DNA from: an uncultured Candidatus Saccharibacteria bacterium
GTDB lineage: Bacteria; Patescibacteriota; Dojkabacteria; SC72; WJKH01
Reading direction: 5' to 3'
NCBI GenBank assembly: GCA_964602665.1
Contig: CAZRRH010000004.1
Coordinates: forward strand, 16,169 to 80,168
Length of the DNA: 64,000 nucleotides
Made by a program: the position numbers and the translations under genes. The notes beneath the pieces were generated by a model. That model did no database searches. It was not told where the DNA came from and saw only the letters and a list, made by a program, of their open reading frames with translations. Below are positions 9,701 to 20,904 of the stretch, one piece after another. How positions within the stretch are numbered: position 1 is the stretch's first letter; each line of letters opens with the position of its first letter.

Positions 9701-10918
9701 CTAGACATTGAAATTCGCAGCTAGGTTGAACATTGGCAAATAAACAGCAGCAGCAATCAGTGCAACAGCTCCTCCCATGACAATTAAAACCAGTGGTTCC
9801 ATAAGTGTTGATAAATTCGCAGTCATATTGTTAACTTCATCTTCATAAAACTGAGCCAATTTGTCTAAAACATCATCCAAGGCACCAGTCTCCTCACCAA
9901 CAGACACCATCTGTCCTACAAGCATAGGAAACTGTTTCGTTCTTATAAAAGGTAAAGACATAGAGCTTCCCCTTTCTACATCAGTCTTTGCTAATAATAC
10001 AGCCTCTCTAAATATTACATTGCTAAGAGAGTTTGCAGTAAGTCTTAAACTCTCAGAAACCGACAATCCACTTCTCATAAGCAATCCTAATACCCTAGAA
10101 AACTGAGCTAATTGCATGTTTGTTATGAGGATGCCAAAAACAGGAATTTTTAGCACTAACAGATTTAAAACTCGCTTCCCCTTAGCATTATCTGCATATG
10201 CCTTAAAGCCAATTACCAAAAGAACTATCACGATTATACAAAGCCACCAATATCCTAATACAATATCGCTTAGATAAACAAAGAACATTGTGACAGCAGG
10301 CAATTTATCAACACCGATTGTCTGATAAATATCTTGCATAGCTGGTATGAGTACAACAACAAGCAGAACAATAACTCCAATTAATAGTACGACCATAATT
10401 GCAGGATATATCATCGCTCCTTTTATCTTATCTCTTAAGGCTTTTTTCTTCTCCATCTCGGTTGCAAGTCTTGACAATACGATATCCATATTACCGCTTT
10501 CCTCACCTGCGCTTATCAAGCTAATCGTTATCTCATCAAAGACATTTTTGGTTTTTTTTAACGCCCTTGAAAAACTTATTCCTGCTTCAACATCACCAAG
10601 AACCTGTTGGATGTTTCTTTTAAAATATGGATTTTTTATCTGTGAGATAAGGATACGAAGACTTTGAGGCATTGTAAGGCCAGAGTTAACCATTGTCGCA
10701 AGTTGTCTCATAAAAACGACTTTTTCCTTGATTGGTATTCCACCGACATTAACCTGTTCAAATCTGCCAAAATTAATCCCTGAGTCTTCAGCAATTTTTA
10801 TCACTGTCAAACCTTTGCTAAGAAGGGAGTCGACGGCTAAAGCCTTACTTTTTATTTGTATACTATCTTTTACAACGGCTCCTTCTTTTGTTCTTGCTTC
10901 GTAATTAAATTTCGCCAT
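9701..10918 (-). CDS. pilC: Type IV pilus inner-membrane platform protein PilC (GspF family).
   Basis: 405 aa with two T2SSF-type repeats, polytopic. The position is as expected after pilT. Confidence 0.9.
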   Translation of the reverse strand: MAKFNYEARTKEGAVVKDSIQIKSKALAVDSLLSKGLTVIKIAEDSGINFGRFEQVNVGGIPIKEKVVFMRQLATMVNSGLTMPQSLRILISQIKNPYFKRNIQQVLGDVEAGISFSRALKKTKNVFDEITISLISAGEESGNMDIVLSRLATEMEKKKALRDKIKGAMIYPAIMVVLLIGVIVLLVVVLIPAMQDIYQTIGVDKLPAVTMFFVYLSDIVLGYWWLCIIVIVLLVIGFKAYADNAKGKRVLNLLVLKIPVFGILITNMQLAQFSRVLGLLMRSGLSVSESLRLTANSLSNVIFREAVLLAKTDVERGSSMSLPFIRTKQFPMLVGQMVSVGEETGALDDVLDKLAQFYEDEVNNMTANLSTLMEPLVLIVMGGAVALIAAAVYLPMFNLAANFNV

Positions 10919-10943
10919 TTAAACCGTTTAAATAAAAATAAAT

Positions 10944-12698
10944 TTATTCCTTCATTAACCTAATTATTTCTTCTGGCTTTACGGCATATTTTTGAGCAGT
11001 CTCCATCGTTATTGTGCCTTCTCTGACCATTTGCACCAAAGAATGTTCGATAGAAATCATACCTATATCAGCACTTGTTCTGATAACATTATCAATCTGA
11101 TGTGTTTTGCCTTCTCGTATTAAATTCCTAATGGCGGGATTGGCTAACATTATCTCACTAACAGCCTTACGACCTCCACCTGTAATTGGTACTAACCTCT
11201 GAGCAATAACAGCCTCCAAAATGCCCGCTAATTGAGATCTGACTTGATTTTGTTGTTCAGCAGGGAAAACATCAATAATTCTTTCGACTGTCTGAGCAGC
11301 ACTATTTGTGTGCAAAGTCGCAAACACAAGATGACCCGTCTCAGCCAATGTTATAGCAGAAGCAATAGTCTCATAATCACGCATCTCTCCAACTAAAATT
11401 ACATCAGGATCCTCACGAAGGGCGCTCTTCATTGCTATTTCCCAACCATGAGTATCATCACCAACCTCTCTTTGAGACACCATCGCTTTACCCGATGGAT
11501 ACACATACTCTATTGGATCTTCAATTGTTAATATGTGACAAGCTCTTCTCAGATTAATATCTTGAATCATCGCCGCAAGTGTTGTTGATTTACCACTACC
11601 GGTAGGACCCGTTACAAGGATAAAACCCTGATTAAGTTTTGTAAGACTATTATAAACAGTTGGCAAACCCAATTCTTGCATATTTTTTATCCTACTTGGG
11701 ATAAGTCTAAGAGCCATCGAAGGAGTTTTTCTTTGATAAAAAGCATTAATTCTAAATCGTCCTTTATCTTCATAAGAGTAAGCAAAATCAAGTTCTCTAT
11801 TAACTTCTAACTTATCTCTTTTAGCATCATCTAGTAGTGAGAAAACAAGCTCTTGTGCATAATTTTCATCTACAATATCTCCATTTACAGGTACCAAATC
11901 TCCGTCAATTCTCAATTGAGCTGGATAACCAACCTTAATATGCAAATCAGAAGAATTACGATCAATAACCATTTGTAACAGTTCAAAAATAGTATATCTG
12001 CGTGCCTGTACTGATGAAACAACTTGATCAACTTTCTGCTCAAATGGGGTGACTGTATCTGCTTTTGGCAAATCATTAACTGAATCCAAAACTTCTTTTA
12101 CAGGGTTAAGCTTATCGGCATCAATACCGTAATTATCTTGCAATTGATCAATACTATTATCTGGCAGAATATCAGGCTTTTCTAACAAATCCTCATCAGG
12201 CACTACAGGCATAGGAGCGGGCATAACTGGAGCAGGAGACACATAATCTTTTTCTACTAATTCAGGTTCTGGCTTATATGCGTCGACAACACTTGACTCA
12301 GGAAGAATATCTTTCTGGGCAATCTCTTTTACCTGTTCGACATTTTCCTCTATCTTGTGATCTACAACAGCTTCCTTTGCAATAACACTCTGATCAGCTT
12401 CATTATTATTAGCAGCTGAAATTCCCGAGACGGTGCCAGGGTCATTATTCATCTCCTCCTTAAACTGTTTTAATTTACCCAAAAGAGTATCTAGAGTATC
12501 GCTTGATTGCTCATTAGCAACATTTGTACTGTCCGGAGATTCTGAGGCTGTTACAACTGTAGAAACAGGTGACTGTGACGCAGGTGGCTGTGAAATCGGC
12601 GATGTAGTAGGAGCAGATTGGGTAGGGTTAACGGGATTTACTTGACTTGAATTGTCCTGTGGATAAGCGAAGTTGCCTGTTAAATTATTATCGTCCAT
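10944..12698 (-). CDS. pilT: Twitching-motility (retraction) ATPase PilT with a roughly 234-aa low-complexity N-terminal extension.
   Basis: The C-terminal 350 aa carry the Walker A GPTGSGKSTT, the Asp box, the His box and the PilT signature AIRNLIREGKTHQI. The N-terminal 234 aa are Pro/Ser/Thr/Asp/Glu-rich with no fold motif. Confidence 0.85.
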   Translation of the reverse strand: MDDNNLTGNFAYPQDNSSQVNPVNPTQSAPTTSPISQPPASQSPVSTVVTASESPDSTNVANEQSSDTLDTLLGKLKQFKEEMNNDPGTVSGISAANNNEADQSVIAKEAVVDHKIEENVEQVKEIAQKDILPESSVVDAYKPEPELVEKDYVSPAPVMPAPMPVVPDEDLLEKPDILPDNSIDQLQDNYGIDADKLNPVKEVLDSVNDLPKADTVTPFEQKVDQVVSSVQARRYTIFELLQMVIDRNSSDLHIKVGYPAQLRIDGDLVPVNGDIVDENYAQELVFSLLDDAKRDKLEVNRELDFAYSYEDKGRFRINAFYQRKTPSMALRLIPSRIKNMQELGLPTVYNSLTKLNQGFILVTGPTGSGKSTTLAAMIQDINLRRACHILTIEDPIEYVYPSGKAMVSQREVGDDTHGWEIAMKSALREDPDVILVGEMRDYETIASAITLAETGHLVFATLHTNSAAQTVERIIDVFPAEQQNQVRSQLAGILEAVIAQRLVPITGGGRKAVSEIMLANPAIRNLIREGKTHQIDNVIRTSADIGMISIEHSLVQMVREGTITMETAQKYAVKPEEIIRLMKE

Positions 12699-12781
12699 AC
12701 ATTTACATTATAAAGTTAATTATACATTATGAAGATTGTAATCTATTTGAAATGTTTTGACAATAAACTTATAGTGTAATT

Positions 12782-14614
12782 TTACTCCCTTGTAACACGA
12801 AGAACCTCTTCTATTGTCGTTATTCCCTCGATTACCTTTAAGAAGCCATCTTGTTGCATTGTCACCATACCATCTTTAATAGCAACTTTATGAATATCTC
12901 CAGCAGGACGACTATTCATCATAAGCTGAATTATCTCATCCGTAACTTTTAGAACTTCAAATAAGCCTATTCGTCCACTATATCCTTCACCACCGCATCG
13001 ATCGCATCCCTTGCCTTTGTAAAGATAAAGTTTTAATTTACCATCAGGAGCTTTCTCAGGGCACTTACTTACAATAATTTTATTTGCACTAGCCACATCA
13101 TTCTCTTGCTGTTTAGCTCTTTGTTCAGATAATTTGCACACATTGGTTGCATAGTTGTAGATGTCAAAACCAGTAACAGGCGATAAAGATGCTGTCAAAT
13201 CTCTAACTTCTTCATCAGTAGCAATATACTCTTGTCGGCAAAAAGGGCATATCCTTCTTGAAAGCCTCTGTGCAACAACCAATTTAAGTGTAGCAGCCAA
13301 TAAATACGGCTCTATACCCATTTCAATAAGCCTAGGAATTGCCGATGCAGCACTGTTTGTGTGTAGAGTAGAAAGGACCAAGTGACCAGTCAAAGACGCC
13401 TCAACTGCCAAATTTGCTGTCTCTGCGTCTCTTATCTCTCCAACCATGATCTTATTAGGATCTTGTCGCAAAACAGATCTTAGAGCATTTGCAAATGTAA
13501 ATCCAACATCTGGATTTATATTTACTTGATTAACCCCAGGAACTCTAATTTCGACAGGATTTTCAAGTGATATCACATTTACATCAGGGGTATTAATTTT
13601 ACCAAGTGTGCCAGCAAGAGTAAATGTTTTACCAGAACCAGTAGGACCAGTTATAAGGATAATTCCATTTGTGGCTTTTACAGCGTCCATATATATTTTG
13701 TAAGCAACACCTCTTAATCCTGAATCTTCAATTTTAGGTACACCACCAGTGCTTTCCAAAAGCCTCATAACAATTTTCTCCCCGTAAATAGTCGGCAGAG
13801 ATGAAACACGAATATCAATCTTATATTTAGTTGACTTAATTTGGAATCGGCCATCTTGAGGCACTCTTTTCTCATCTATTTTCATATTTGCAAGGATCTT
13901 ACATCTTGTGACAACGGCGCTAGCCAGATGTTTAGGAAGAGTAAGCTTCTCCATCATAACGCCATGGACTCTAAATCTTACACGCAATTTATTTTCTACT
14001 GGCTCAATATGGATATCTGACGCTTTAACTTTGACAGCATATTGAAGTATTGAGTTAACAATCCTTGTAACAGGAGCGTCACTTAAACTCAGTTCGTCAA
14101 TTTCAGCGCTTGCCCCTTCATCAATTTCTTCTATTTTTTCTCCTGCATCGTCAACCGCAGAAGAAACCTGAGAAGATATTGTTTCACCAAGCTTTCTATT
14201 TATATGAAGATTAACCCCGTCCAGCGTTGTTATAAAAACATCAATTTTTGTATTAGCAGGATATTGCAGTTTCAATGCCTGAATTGCCTGAACATCAAAA
14301 GGATTTACCATCGCTATACTAACACTATTTTCAGTCCTCTCAAATGGAATAGCTTGAAATTTCTGCAAAGCGTCACCTCTAACCTCAGAAAGCAGAGAGT
14401 CTGCAATATTCTTATTTGTTATATCAACATAAGGGATGTTAAAGATGGTCGATTTGGCCTTTACAATGTCAATATTTGAGATAGTACCATCTTGAGCAAG
14501 AGCGATCTCCTCAACAACACCATTTTTTACCATATCGACACGAAGCTGATCTGCTTTTTCTTTTGTAATAGCGCCCTTTTCTTCTAGGTAGTCTATTATC
14601 TTTGTATTACCCAT
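12782..14614 (-). CDS. pilB: Type IV pilus assembly (extension) ATPase PilB (GspE family).
   Basis: 610 aa. It has an N-terminal GSPII_E_N-like domain, the Walker A GPTGSGKTFT, and the tetracysteine CPFC...CDRCGGEGYSGRIGLFEV. Confidence 0.9.
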   Translation of the reverse strand: MGNTKIIDYLEEKGAITKEKADQLRVDMVKNGVVEEIALAQDGTISNIDIVKAKSTIFNIPYVDITNKNIADSLLSEVRGDALQKFQAIPFERTENSVSIAMVNPFDVQAIQALKLQYPANTKIDVFITTLDGVNLHINRKLGETISSQVSSAVDDAGEKIEEIDEGASAEIDELSLSDAPVTRIVNSILQYAVKVKASDIHIEPVENKLRVRFRVHGVMMEKLTLPKHLASAVVTRCKILANMKIDEKRVPQDGRFQIKSTKYKIDIRVSSLPTIYGEKIVMRLLESTGGVPKIEDSGLRGVAYKIYMDAVKATNGIILITGPTGSGKTFTLAGTLGKINTPDVNVISLENPVEIRVPGVNQVNINPDVGFTFANALRSVLRQDPNKIMVGEIRDAETANLAVEASLTGHLVLSTLHTNSAASAIPRLIEMGIEPYLLAATLKLVVAQRLSRRICPFCRQEYIATDEEVRDLTASLSPVTGFDIYNYATNVCKLSEQRAKQQENDVASANKIIVSKCPEKAPDGKLKLYLYKGKGCDRCGGEGYSGRIGLFEVLKVTDEIIQLMMNSRPAGDIHKVAIKDGMVTMQQDGFLKVIEGITTIEEVLRVTRE

Positions 14615-14665
14615 ATTACGATTGTACAGTTTATGTTTAATTATGTCAACAAAGCATAATTAGAC

Positions 14666-14694
14666 TTGACATTTCTAGCCAATCAAGCTATAAA
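14666..14694 (+). promoter_or_regulatory. Candidate sigma70-type promoter (TTGACA-N17-TATAAA) for the holB-like/gyrB transcription unit, in the divergent pilB/holB intergenic region.
   Basis: TTGACA at 14666-14671, a 17-nt spacer, TATAAA at 14689-14694, about 40 nt upstream of the 14736 start. The AT-rich genome makes chance matches common. Confidence 0.3.
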
Positions 14695-14735
14695 TCAATA
14701 TAAGAAAGCGTTTAATCGTCGTTAATAAAATTAGA

Positions 14736-15437
14736 ATGTTACCCAAAATACTAATACATAGTAAAACAGATATACTGCATCAAAATTTGATTTTTGAGCT
14801 CAAATCTTTAATTGACATACAAACGGATTTTGCTCAGCTTTCTAAACATCCCGACATACACTTAGTAACTACAGATAAAAACAGTATCGGTATTGAGCAA
14901 ATAAAACAGCTTCAAAATGATCTTCAATATTTCCCATTGATATTTAAATATCAAATTGGAGTAATTGATCAAGCGCAACTGCTTACACAAGAGGCCCAAA
15001 ACAGCATGCTCAAACTTCTTGAGGAAATAAAAGAGCATACACAAATATACTTTCTCGCAAGCAACGAGAAGGCTCTGCTAAAAACCATTATCTCAAGATG
15101 TCAAATAGTTTTCTGCAATGAGCAAGGATGTACAATTTTAGAAACAACCAATAACAACAAAACCAACGAAGTAAGTAATCAAGCTCAAAATTTTCTAAAA
15201 AACAGCATAACAGATAATTTCCTTCTTGCAGATTTTCTTGTAGAGCAGGACAAAAAGGATCCTTCTGTAATACCCAGTTTTCTGCTTTCTGTAATAGAGG
15301 CTCTTAGGATAAAGAAAGATAAAATCTCTTATGAAAAAATCGATTTAACTCTTACAGCACTGAAGAAAATATCCTCAAACAGCAACAAGAAAAGTACGCT
15401 TAAAAACCTCGCACTTGAAATTTCTTCTCAAATATAG
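14736..15437 (+). CDS. holB: DNA polymerase III delta-prime-like subunit (HolB-like, short, no Walker A).
   Basis: LLKLLEEIKEHTQIYFLASNEKALLKTIISRCQ carries the SRC sensor-2 motif of clamp-loader delta-prime. The protein is 233 aa. It sits immediately upstream of gyrB. Confidence 0.5.
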   Translation: MLPKILIHSKTDILHQNLIFELKSLIDIQTDFAQLSKHPDIHLVTTDKNSIGIEQIKQLQNDLQYFPLIFKYQIGVIDQAQLLTQEAQNSMLKLLEEIKEHTQIYFLASNEKALLKTIISRCQIVFCNEQGCTILETTNNNKTNEVSNQAQNFLKNSITDNFLLADFLVEQDKKDPSVIPSFLLSVIEALRIKKDKISYEKIDLTLTALKKISSNSNKKSTLKNLALEISSQI

Positions 15438-15452
15438 TACAATGCTAAAGTT

Positions 15453-17354
15453 ATGACAAAATATGATGCATCAAATATCCGTGTATTACAGGGCTTAGAA
15501 GCAGTCCGTAAGCGACCTGCAATGTACATAGGCTCAACGGACACACATGGACTTCACCATATCTTATACGAGGTAATCGACAACTCTGTGGACGAGGCGC
15601 TTGGAGGATTTTGCAACCATATAAAAATCACCCTTGATTCTGACGGATCAATCACAGTACTTGACAATGGAAGAGGAATGCCTGTAGATACTCATTCACA
15701 GACAAAGAAATCCGCGCTTGAAACAATAATGACAAATCTACATGCAGGAGGTAAATTTGATGGAGGAGCTTACAAAACATCTGGAGGACTTCATGGAGTT
15801 GGTATAAAATGCACCAATGCTCTTTCAGAATGGATGCAGACGACTTCCTACAAAGACGGTTACGAATATACTCAAAGATATGAAAGAGGTGATATAAAAA
15901 CTGAAGTAGAAAAGTTAGGGCCCACAGATCAAACAGGGACAAAACACACATTTAAACCTGACTCGGAGATTTTTAAAGAAAGCATAAGCTTTGATCTCCC
16001 CACAATAATAAAAAAGTGTAGAGAGCATGCTTACCTTACAGCAGGCCTTAGATTCACAATTACTGATAATAGAGAAGAGAAACCATCTATTTACGAGCTG
16101 TACTTTGAAGATGGTGTAAAGTCTTTTGTAAAACATTTAAATCTTGATGAAAGTGTAGTTGGAGATATATTCTATGCGAACGCACAGGAGGATGGCATAC
16201 AAGTTGAGATCGCTCTTCAGTACAATGACACAATGAATGAGACTGTAAGATGCTATACAAACAACATTCTAAATCCTGAAGGAGGAACTCATCTGGCAGG
16301 ATTTAGAATGGCATTGACAAAATGCATTGGTAGCTACGCATTGGCTAACTCTTTAATAAAATCGGAAGAAGACTCTTTGACTGGGGATGATATTAGAGAG
16401 GGTCTTACAGCGATACTCTCTGTCCGTGTATCTGACCCACAATTTGAGGGGCAGACAAAAATCAAGTTGAACAATCCTGAGGTCAAATCAGCTGTTTACA
16501 AAGTTGTCAAAGAAAAATTAGATTACTTTTTTGCTGAGAATCCTAGCGAGGCCAAAGCTATAATTGGCAAAGCTGTTTTAGCTTTTAAAGCAAGAGTAGC
16601 TGCCAAAGCCGCAAGAGATGCTGTTATGCGAAAGAACGCGCTTGAAGGTGGCGGACTTCCAGGTAAATTAGCAGACTGCTCATCAAAAGAGCCCGAAGAA
16701 TGCGAATTGTATTTAGTCGAGGGAGATTCCGCAGGCGGAAGTGCAAGACAAGCAAGAAATAGAAGAACACAAGCAGTACTCCCACTAAAAGGTAAACCTA
16801 TGAACAGTCAAAAATATAGAATCGATAGAGTTTTAAGTAATCCAGAGACAAAAGACATGATAACAGCATTTGGATGCGGAATAGGGGAGACTATGGATAC
16901 AAGCAAACTACGATATCATAAAATAGTTATATTAAGTGATGCAGATGTAGATGGACAGCATATTACTACTCTTGTATTGACATTGCTATACAAATTTTTC
17001 AAGCCTCTTATCAAAGAAGGCTATGTATATGTTGCACAACCTCCACTTTTTAAGGTTGAGGTCGGCAAACAACGATGGTATATAGGTTCAATGGAGAAAA
17101 AAGACGAATTTGTAAAGCAATTAATAGCAGAGGGCAAAAAGCCAATAGTAAATAGATTTAAAGGTCTGGGAGAAATGAACCCAGAACAACTCGAAGAAAC
17201 AGTCATGAAGCCAGAAACTAGAACGCTGAAAAAAGTCACAATAGAGGATGCACAGGAGGCAGATAGGGTTTTTGAGATGCTTATGGGAGATGAAGTCCCA
17301 CCAAGAAGGAAATTTATTCAAGAAAATTCAAGATACGCCAATTTGGATGTATAA
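15453..17354 (+). CDS. gyrB: DNA gyrase subunit B.
   Basis: The GHKL ATPase motifs YEVIDNSVDEALGG and GLHGVG, the TOPRIM LVEGDSAGGSA, and PLKGKP are present. 633 aa. Confidence 0.95.
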   Translation: MTKYDASNIRVLQGLEAVRKRPAMYIGSTDTHGLHHILYEVIDNSVDEALGGFCNHIKITLDSDGSITVLDNGRGMPVDTHSQTKKSALETIMTNLHAGGKFDGGAYKTSGGLHGVGIKCTNALSEWMQTTSYKDGYEYTQRYERGDIKTEVEKLGPTDQTGTKHTFKPDSEIFKESISFDLPTIIKKCREHAYLTAGLRFTITDNREEKPSIYELYFEDGVKSFVKHLNLDESVVGDIFYANAQEDGIQVEIALQYNDTMNETVRCYTNNILNPEGGTHLAGFRMALTKCIGSYALANSLIKSEEDSLTGDDIREGLTAILSVRVSDPQFEGQTKIKLNNPEVKSAVYKVVKEKLDYFFAENPSEAKAIIGKAVLAFKARVAAKAARDAVMRKNALEGGGLPGKLADCSSKEPEECELYLVEGDSAGGSARQARNRRTQAVLPLKGKPMNSQKYRIDRVLSNPETKDMITAFGCGIGETMDTSKLRYHKIVILSDADVDGQHITTLVLTLLYKFFKPLIKEGYVYVAQPPLFKVEVGKQRWYIGSMEKKDEFVKQLIAEGKKPIVNRFKGLGEMNPEQLEETVMKPETRTLKKVTIEDAQEADRVFEMLMGDEVPPRRKFIQENSRYANLDV

Positions 17355-17380
17355 ATTATTTAAATTTATAAGGCCGTAAT

Positions 17381-18217
17381 ATGGAAATAGAAAAAATCGT
17401 AGCAATGCCGTTTAAGAGCAAGGACTGGTGGAAAAAGCTTGGCTCAATTATGCTTGTAAGATTAATTGCGTCAATAATTATGGGCTTTGTGCTTGTTATT
17501 TTCTACATTTTATCTATTCCAGCTGTTGCACTTATCCCTGTGGACTTTTTTGACGCATATTTCTTAATATTTTTATCTGTAATATTAATATTTAGCAGTT
17601 TTTTCTGGTTAATTAGATTCTACGAGAACGCCTACATAAATAAAATCTCTCTAAATATTCTTAACAAACGAGAAGATATTCTTTCACAACATAAAAACTG
17701 GGTAAGTACAATAAAATTCTACATTAAATTATGTGTTGCACAGTTAATTGCATCTTTTCCTATATGGCTTATGTTTATAATATACACTATTACTTTACTA
17801 CTTTTGATTGTCTTAAGTTCTAATAGTGAATTTGTTAATGAAGCAACAAAATTTATAACAATCTTTAGCATGGTAATAATCTTCTGTATCCTCTTAGTAT
17901 TCTCATTTGTATACAAACTTTTTTTTCTTATGCCTGCAAGATACCGTTTTTTCAAAACTTATAAAATATCCTCTGTGCTTGAAATAGAGAAAATACTGTC
18001 AATAGGTAAGAAAACATGGAAAATAGCGATAAAATATATCCTACAAAATTATTTACTTGCTCTTATAGCATCGATAATACTATATCCGATATATTTGGTA
18101 ATATCATTAATTCCTTTTGGAGGCATGGTTGCTACGGTAATATCTTATACACCAATCCTGGTTTATAGCGGAATTTTATACGGTAATTATTTTACAGAAA
18201 TTGAGAAGGCGATATGA
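17381..18217 (+). CDS. Polytopic membrane protein, hypothetical, inserted between gyrB and gyrA.
   Basis: 278 aa, very hydrophobic with at least 6 predicted transmembrane helices. Its stop overlaps the gyrA start as ATGA at 18214-18217. Confidence 0.6.
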   Translation: MEIEKIVAMPFKSKDWWKKLGSIMLVRLIASIIMGFVLVIFYILSIPAVALIPVDFFDAYFLIFLSVILIFSSFFWLIRFYENAYINKISLNILNKREDILSQHKNWVSTIKFYIKLCVAQLIASFPIWLMFIIYTITLLLLIVLSSNSEFVNEATKFITIFSMVIIFCILLVFSFVYKLFFLMPARYRFFKTYKISSVLEIEKILSIGKKTWKIAIKYILQNYLLALIASIILYPIYLVISLIPFGGMVATVISYTPILVYSGILYGNYFTEIEKAI

Positions 18218-20895
18218 ATAATCAGAATATAATAAACAAATCCATCTCAGACGAGATGAAAGAGAGTTACCTAGATTACTCAATGTCCGTAATCGTATCT
18301 AGAGCACTACCAGATGTAAGAGATGGACTTAAGCCATCACAAAGAAGAATATTAGTCGCAATGAACGATTTGCACTTAACACCCGATGCCCATTATCGTA
18401 AATCAGCAAAAATCGCCGGCGACACATCAGGTAACTATCATCCACATGGAGAGGCCGTTATCTATCCAACAATGGTTAAAATGGCACAAGATTTCTCGTT
18501 AAGATATCCACTCGTTGACGGACAGGGAAACTTTGGCTCAATTGATGGAGATCCACCAGCCGCAATGCGTTATACAGAGGCAAAGATGGCAAAGCCTACG
18601 ATTGACATGATAACAGATATTGAAAAAGCAACTGTAACACATATTGGCAACTACGATGCAACTCGCACCGAGCCATCTGTACTTCCTGCACTTTTCCCAA
18701 ATCTTTTGTGCAATGGAACAGATGGTATTGCCGTTGGAATGGCAACAAGAATACCACCACATAATCTTGTAGAAGTTGTTACTGTACTAAGAGAAATGAT
18801 CAAAATGGGTAATAAATGGACAGGCAAAGCTCTTTACAACGAGCTTCGACTTGCCAAAGAGAGCAAAGAGAGAACACCAAGAGTTCTAAACGGATCTCCA
18901 GAAGATATTTACGAAAGCTATATACCGGCAGATACTCCTGACAGAAATATTGAGCTTGATAGAATCCGTAAACAATTATCACAAGAGCCTATCATAACTT
19001 TATACCCGGAATTTGAGTCAGAAATATCCATACAGGAGATAATGAAATTTATACCTGGACCTGATTTTCCAACCGGAGCCATCATTTACGATCAAAAAGA
19101 AATCGAGAATGCTTATGCAACAGGTCGAGGCAGAATCCTCATAAGAGCAAAAGCAGCGATTGAAGAAGATAAGAAAGGCAGATTTACAATAGTAATAACG
19201 GAAGTTCCTTACCAAGTCAACAAATCTGCAATGCAAGAGAAAATTGCTGACTTAGTAAAAGACAAGAAAATCGAAGGCATTTCAGACATAAGAGATGAGT
19301 CAAATAGAGAAGGTCTTAGAGTGGTAATCACTCTGAAAAAAGAAGCCCAGCCAAAGGTTGTATTAAACAAGCTCTTTAAGTACACTGAAATGCAGAAGTC
19401 TTACAACGCGAATATGATCGCGCTTGTGGATGGCGAGCCCCGCACATTAAACCTCAAAAACATGCTTGAGCTTTATCTTACCCACAGATTTAAAATCACA
19501 ATACGCAAATACGAATTTGAGATAGCAAGTGCAAAGTTTAGAGCTCATATTTTGGAGGGATATCTAAAAGCACTTGATGTCATAGATGAGATCATATCAA
19601 CAATAAGAGCATCAAAGACGCAGGAAGATGCTCTTAATAATTTAATCGAAAAATTTGATTTCACACAAGCGCAAGCACAGGCTATCCTAGACATGCAGCT
19701 GCGAAGATTAGCAGCCCTAGAGAGACAAAAAATAGAAGACGAGTACAAAGAAATATCAAAAAAGATAGATTTGTATACAAAAATCCTATCATCAGACACG
19801 GAGGTGTTAAAAGAAATTGATCAGGATTTAGCATACTTACAAGACAAATATTCAGATCCAAGGCGCACAAAAGTAGTAAAAGGCAAAGTTGACGAAATAA
19901 CAGTCGAGGATATTGTAGCAGAAGAAGAGACACTAATAACAATAAGCCATGCAGGATATATAAAAAGAGCATCACCACAGCTTTACAAAACTCAAAACAG
20001 AGGAGGCAAAGGAATAATTGGCGCAACGACAAAAGAAGATGATTACATAGAACATGCGATTGCATGCTCTACACATGATGAATTACTTATTTTTACAAAC
20101 TTTGGAAAGGTTTATTCATTAAAAGCTCATGAAATACCAGACTTTAAACGAACAGCAAAAGGAATTCCAATCGTAAATCTTCTACAATTATCACAAAATG
20201 AGAGCGTCACAACAGTGCTTGTAAACAATAATACAACCTGTGGAATTAATGACGATGTAAAAGCAGGTGAAAGCAATGCATTACCAGTGAAATACCTCTT
20301 TATGGCGACAAAACATGGATATGTCAAAAAAACAGATATATGCAATTTCCAAAACATTCGAAATTCAGGCCTCGTAGCAATAAAATTAAATGATCAAGAT
20401 GAGCTAGGCTGGATTGAGAAGACAACAGGTCAAGATAAAATCATGCTTATAACCAAAAAAGGTAAATGCATAAGATTTAATGAGAAAGATGTCAGAGAAA
20501 TGGGTCGAACCGCAAGAGGTGTTACAGGAATAAGGATGAAACAGGATGGAGATACTGTTATAGCAATGGTAAAAGCCAACAATGAAAATGACAAGCTTCT
20601 GGTAATATCAGAAAAAGGAATGGGGAAAACAACAAAACTTGCTCAGTACGCAGCTCAAAGAAGAGGTGGAAGCGGGGTTTTTACATTTAGGATGAAAGCT
20701 GTAAATAAAACAGGAGTACTTGTAAACGCAAAAATAGTAGACAAAAGCATAACAGAAGCTATGATAATCTCGGAAAAAGGGATAATTATTAAAATTCCTA
20801 TAACAAGTGTAAAAGAGCTCAACAGACAAACATCTGGAGTCAAAGTGATGAACATGAGTGGAGACGATAAAGTCAGCGCAATTGTGTTATTATAA
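18214..20895 (+). CDS. gyrA: DNA gyrase subunit A.
   Basis: [22 protein letters not shown], the active-site Tyr in [10 protein letters not shown], and the [27 protein letters not shown]. The C-terminal domain is a beta-pinwheel. 893 aa. Confidence 0.95.
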   Translation: MNNQNIINKSISDEMKESYLDYSMSVIVSRALPDVRDGLKPSQRRILVAMNDLHLTPDAHYRKSAKIAGDTSGNYHPHGEAVIYPTMVKMAQDFSLRYPLVDGQGNFGSIDGDPPAAMRYTEAKMAKPTIDMITDIEKATVTHIGNYDATRTEPSVLPALFPNLLCNGTDGIAVGMATRIPPHNLVEVVTVLREMIKMGNKWTGKALYNELRLAKESKERTPRVLNGSPEDIYESYIPADTPDRNIELDRIRKQLSQEPIITLYPEFESEISIQEIMKFIPGPDFPTGAIIYDQKEIENAYATGRGRILIRAKAAIEEDKKGRFTIVITEVPYQVNKSAMQEKIADLVKDKKIEGISDIRDESNREGLRVVITLKKEAQPKVVLNKLFKYTEMQKSYNANMIALVDGEPRTLNLKNMLELYLTHRFKITIRKYEFEIASAKFRAHILEGYLKALDVIDEIISTIRASKTQEDALNNLIEKFDFTQAQAQAILDMQLRRLAALERQKIEDEYKEISKKIDLYTKILSSDTEVLKEIDQDLAYLQDKYSDPRRTKVVKGKVDEITVEDIVAEEETLITISHAGYIKRASPQLYKTQNRGGKGIIGATTKEDDYIEHAIACSTHDELLIFTNFGKVYSLKAHEIPDFKRTAKGIPIVNLLQLSQNESVTTVLVNNNTTCGINDDVKAGESNALPVKYLFMATKHGYVKKTDICNFQNIRNSGLVAIKLNDQDELGWIEKTTGQDKIMLITKKGKCIRFNEKDVREMGRTARGVTGIRMKQDGDTVIAMVKANNENDKLLVISEKGMGKTTKLAQYAAQRRGGSGVFTFRMKAVNKTGVLVNAKIVDKSITEAMIISEKGIIIKIPITSVKELNRQTSGVKVMNMSGDDKVSAIVLL

Positions 20896-20904
20896 CAATT
20901 TTAA

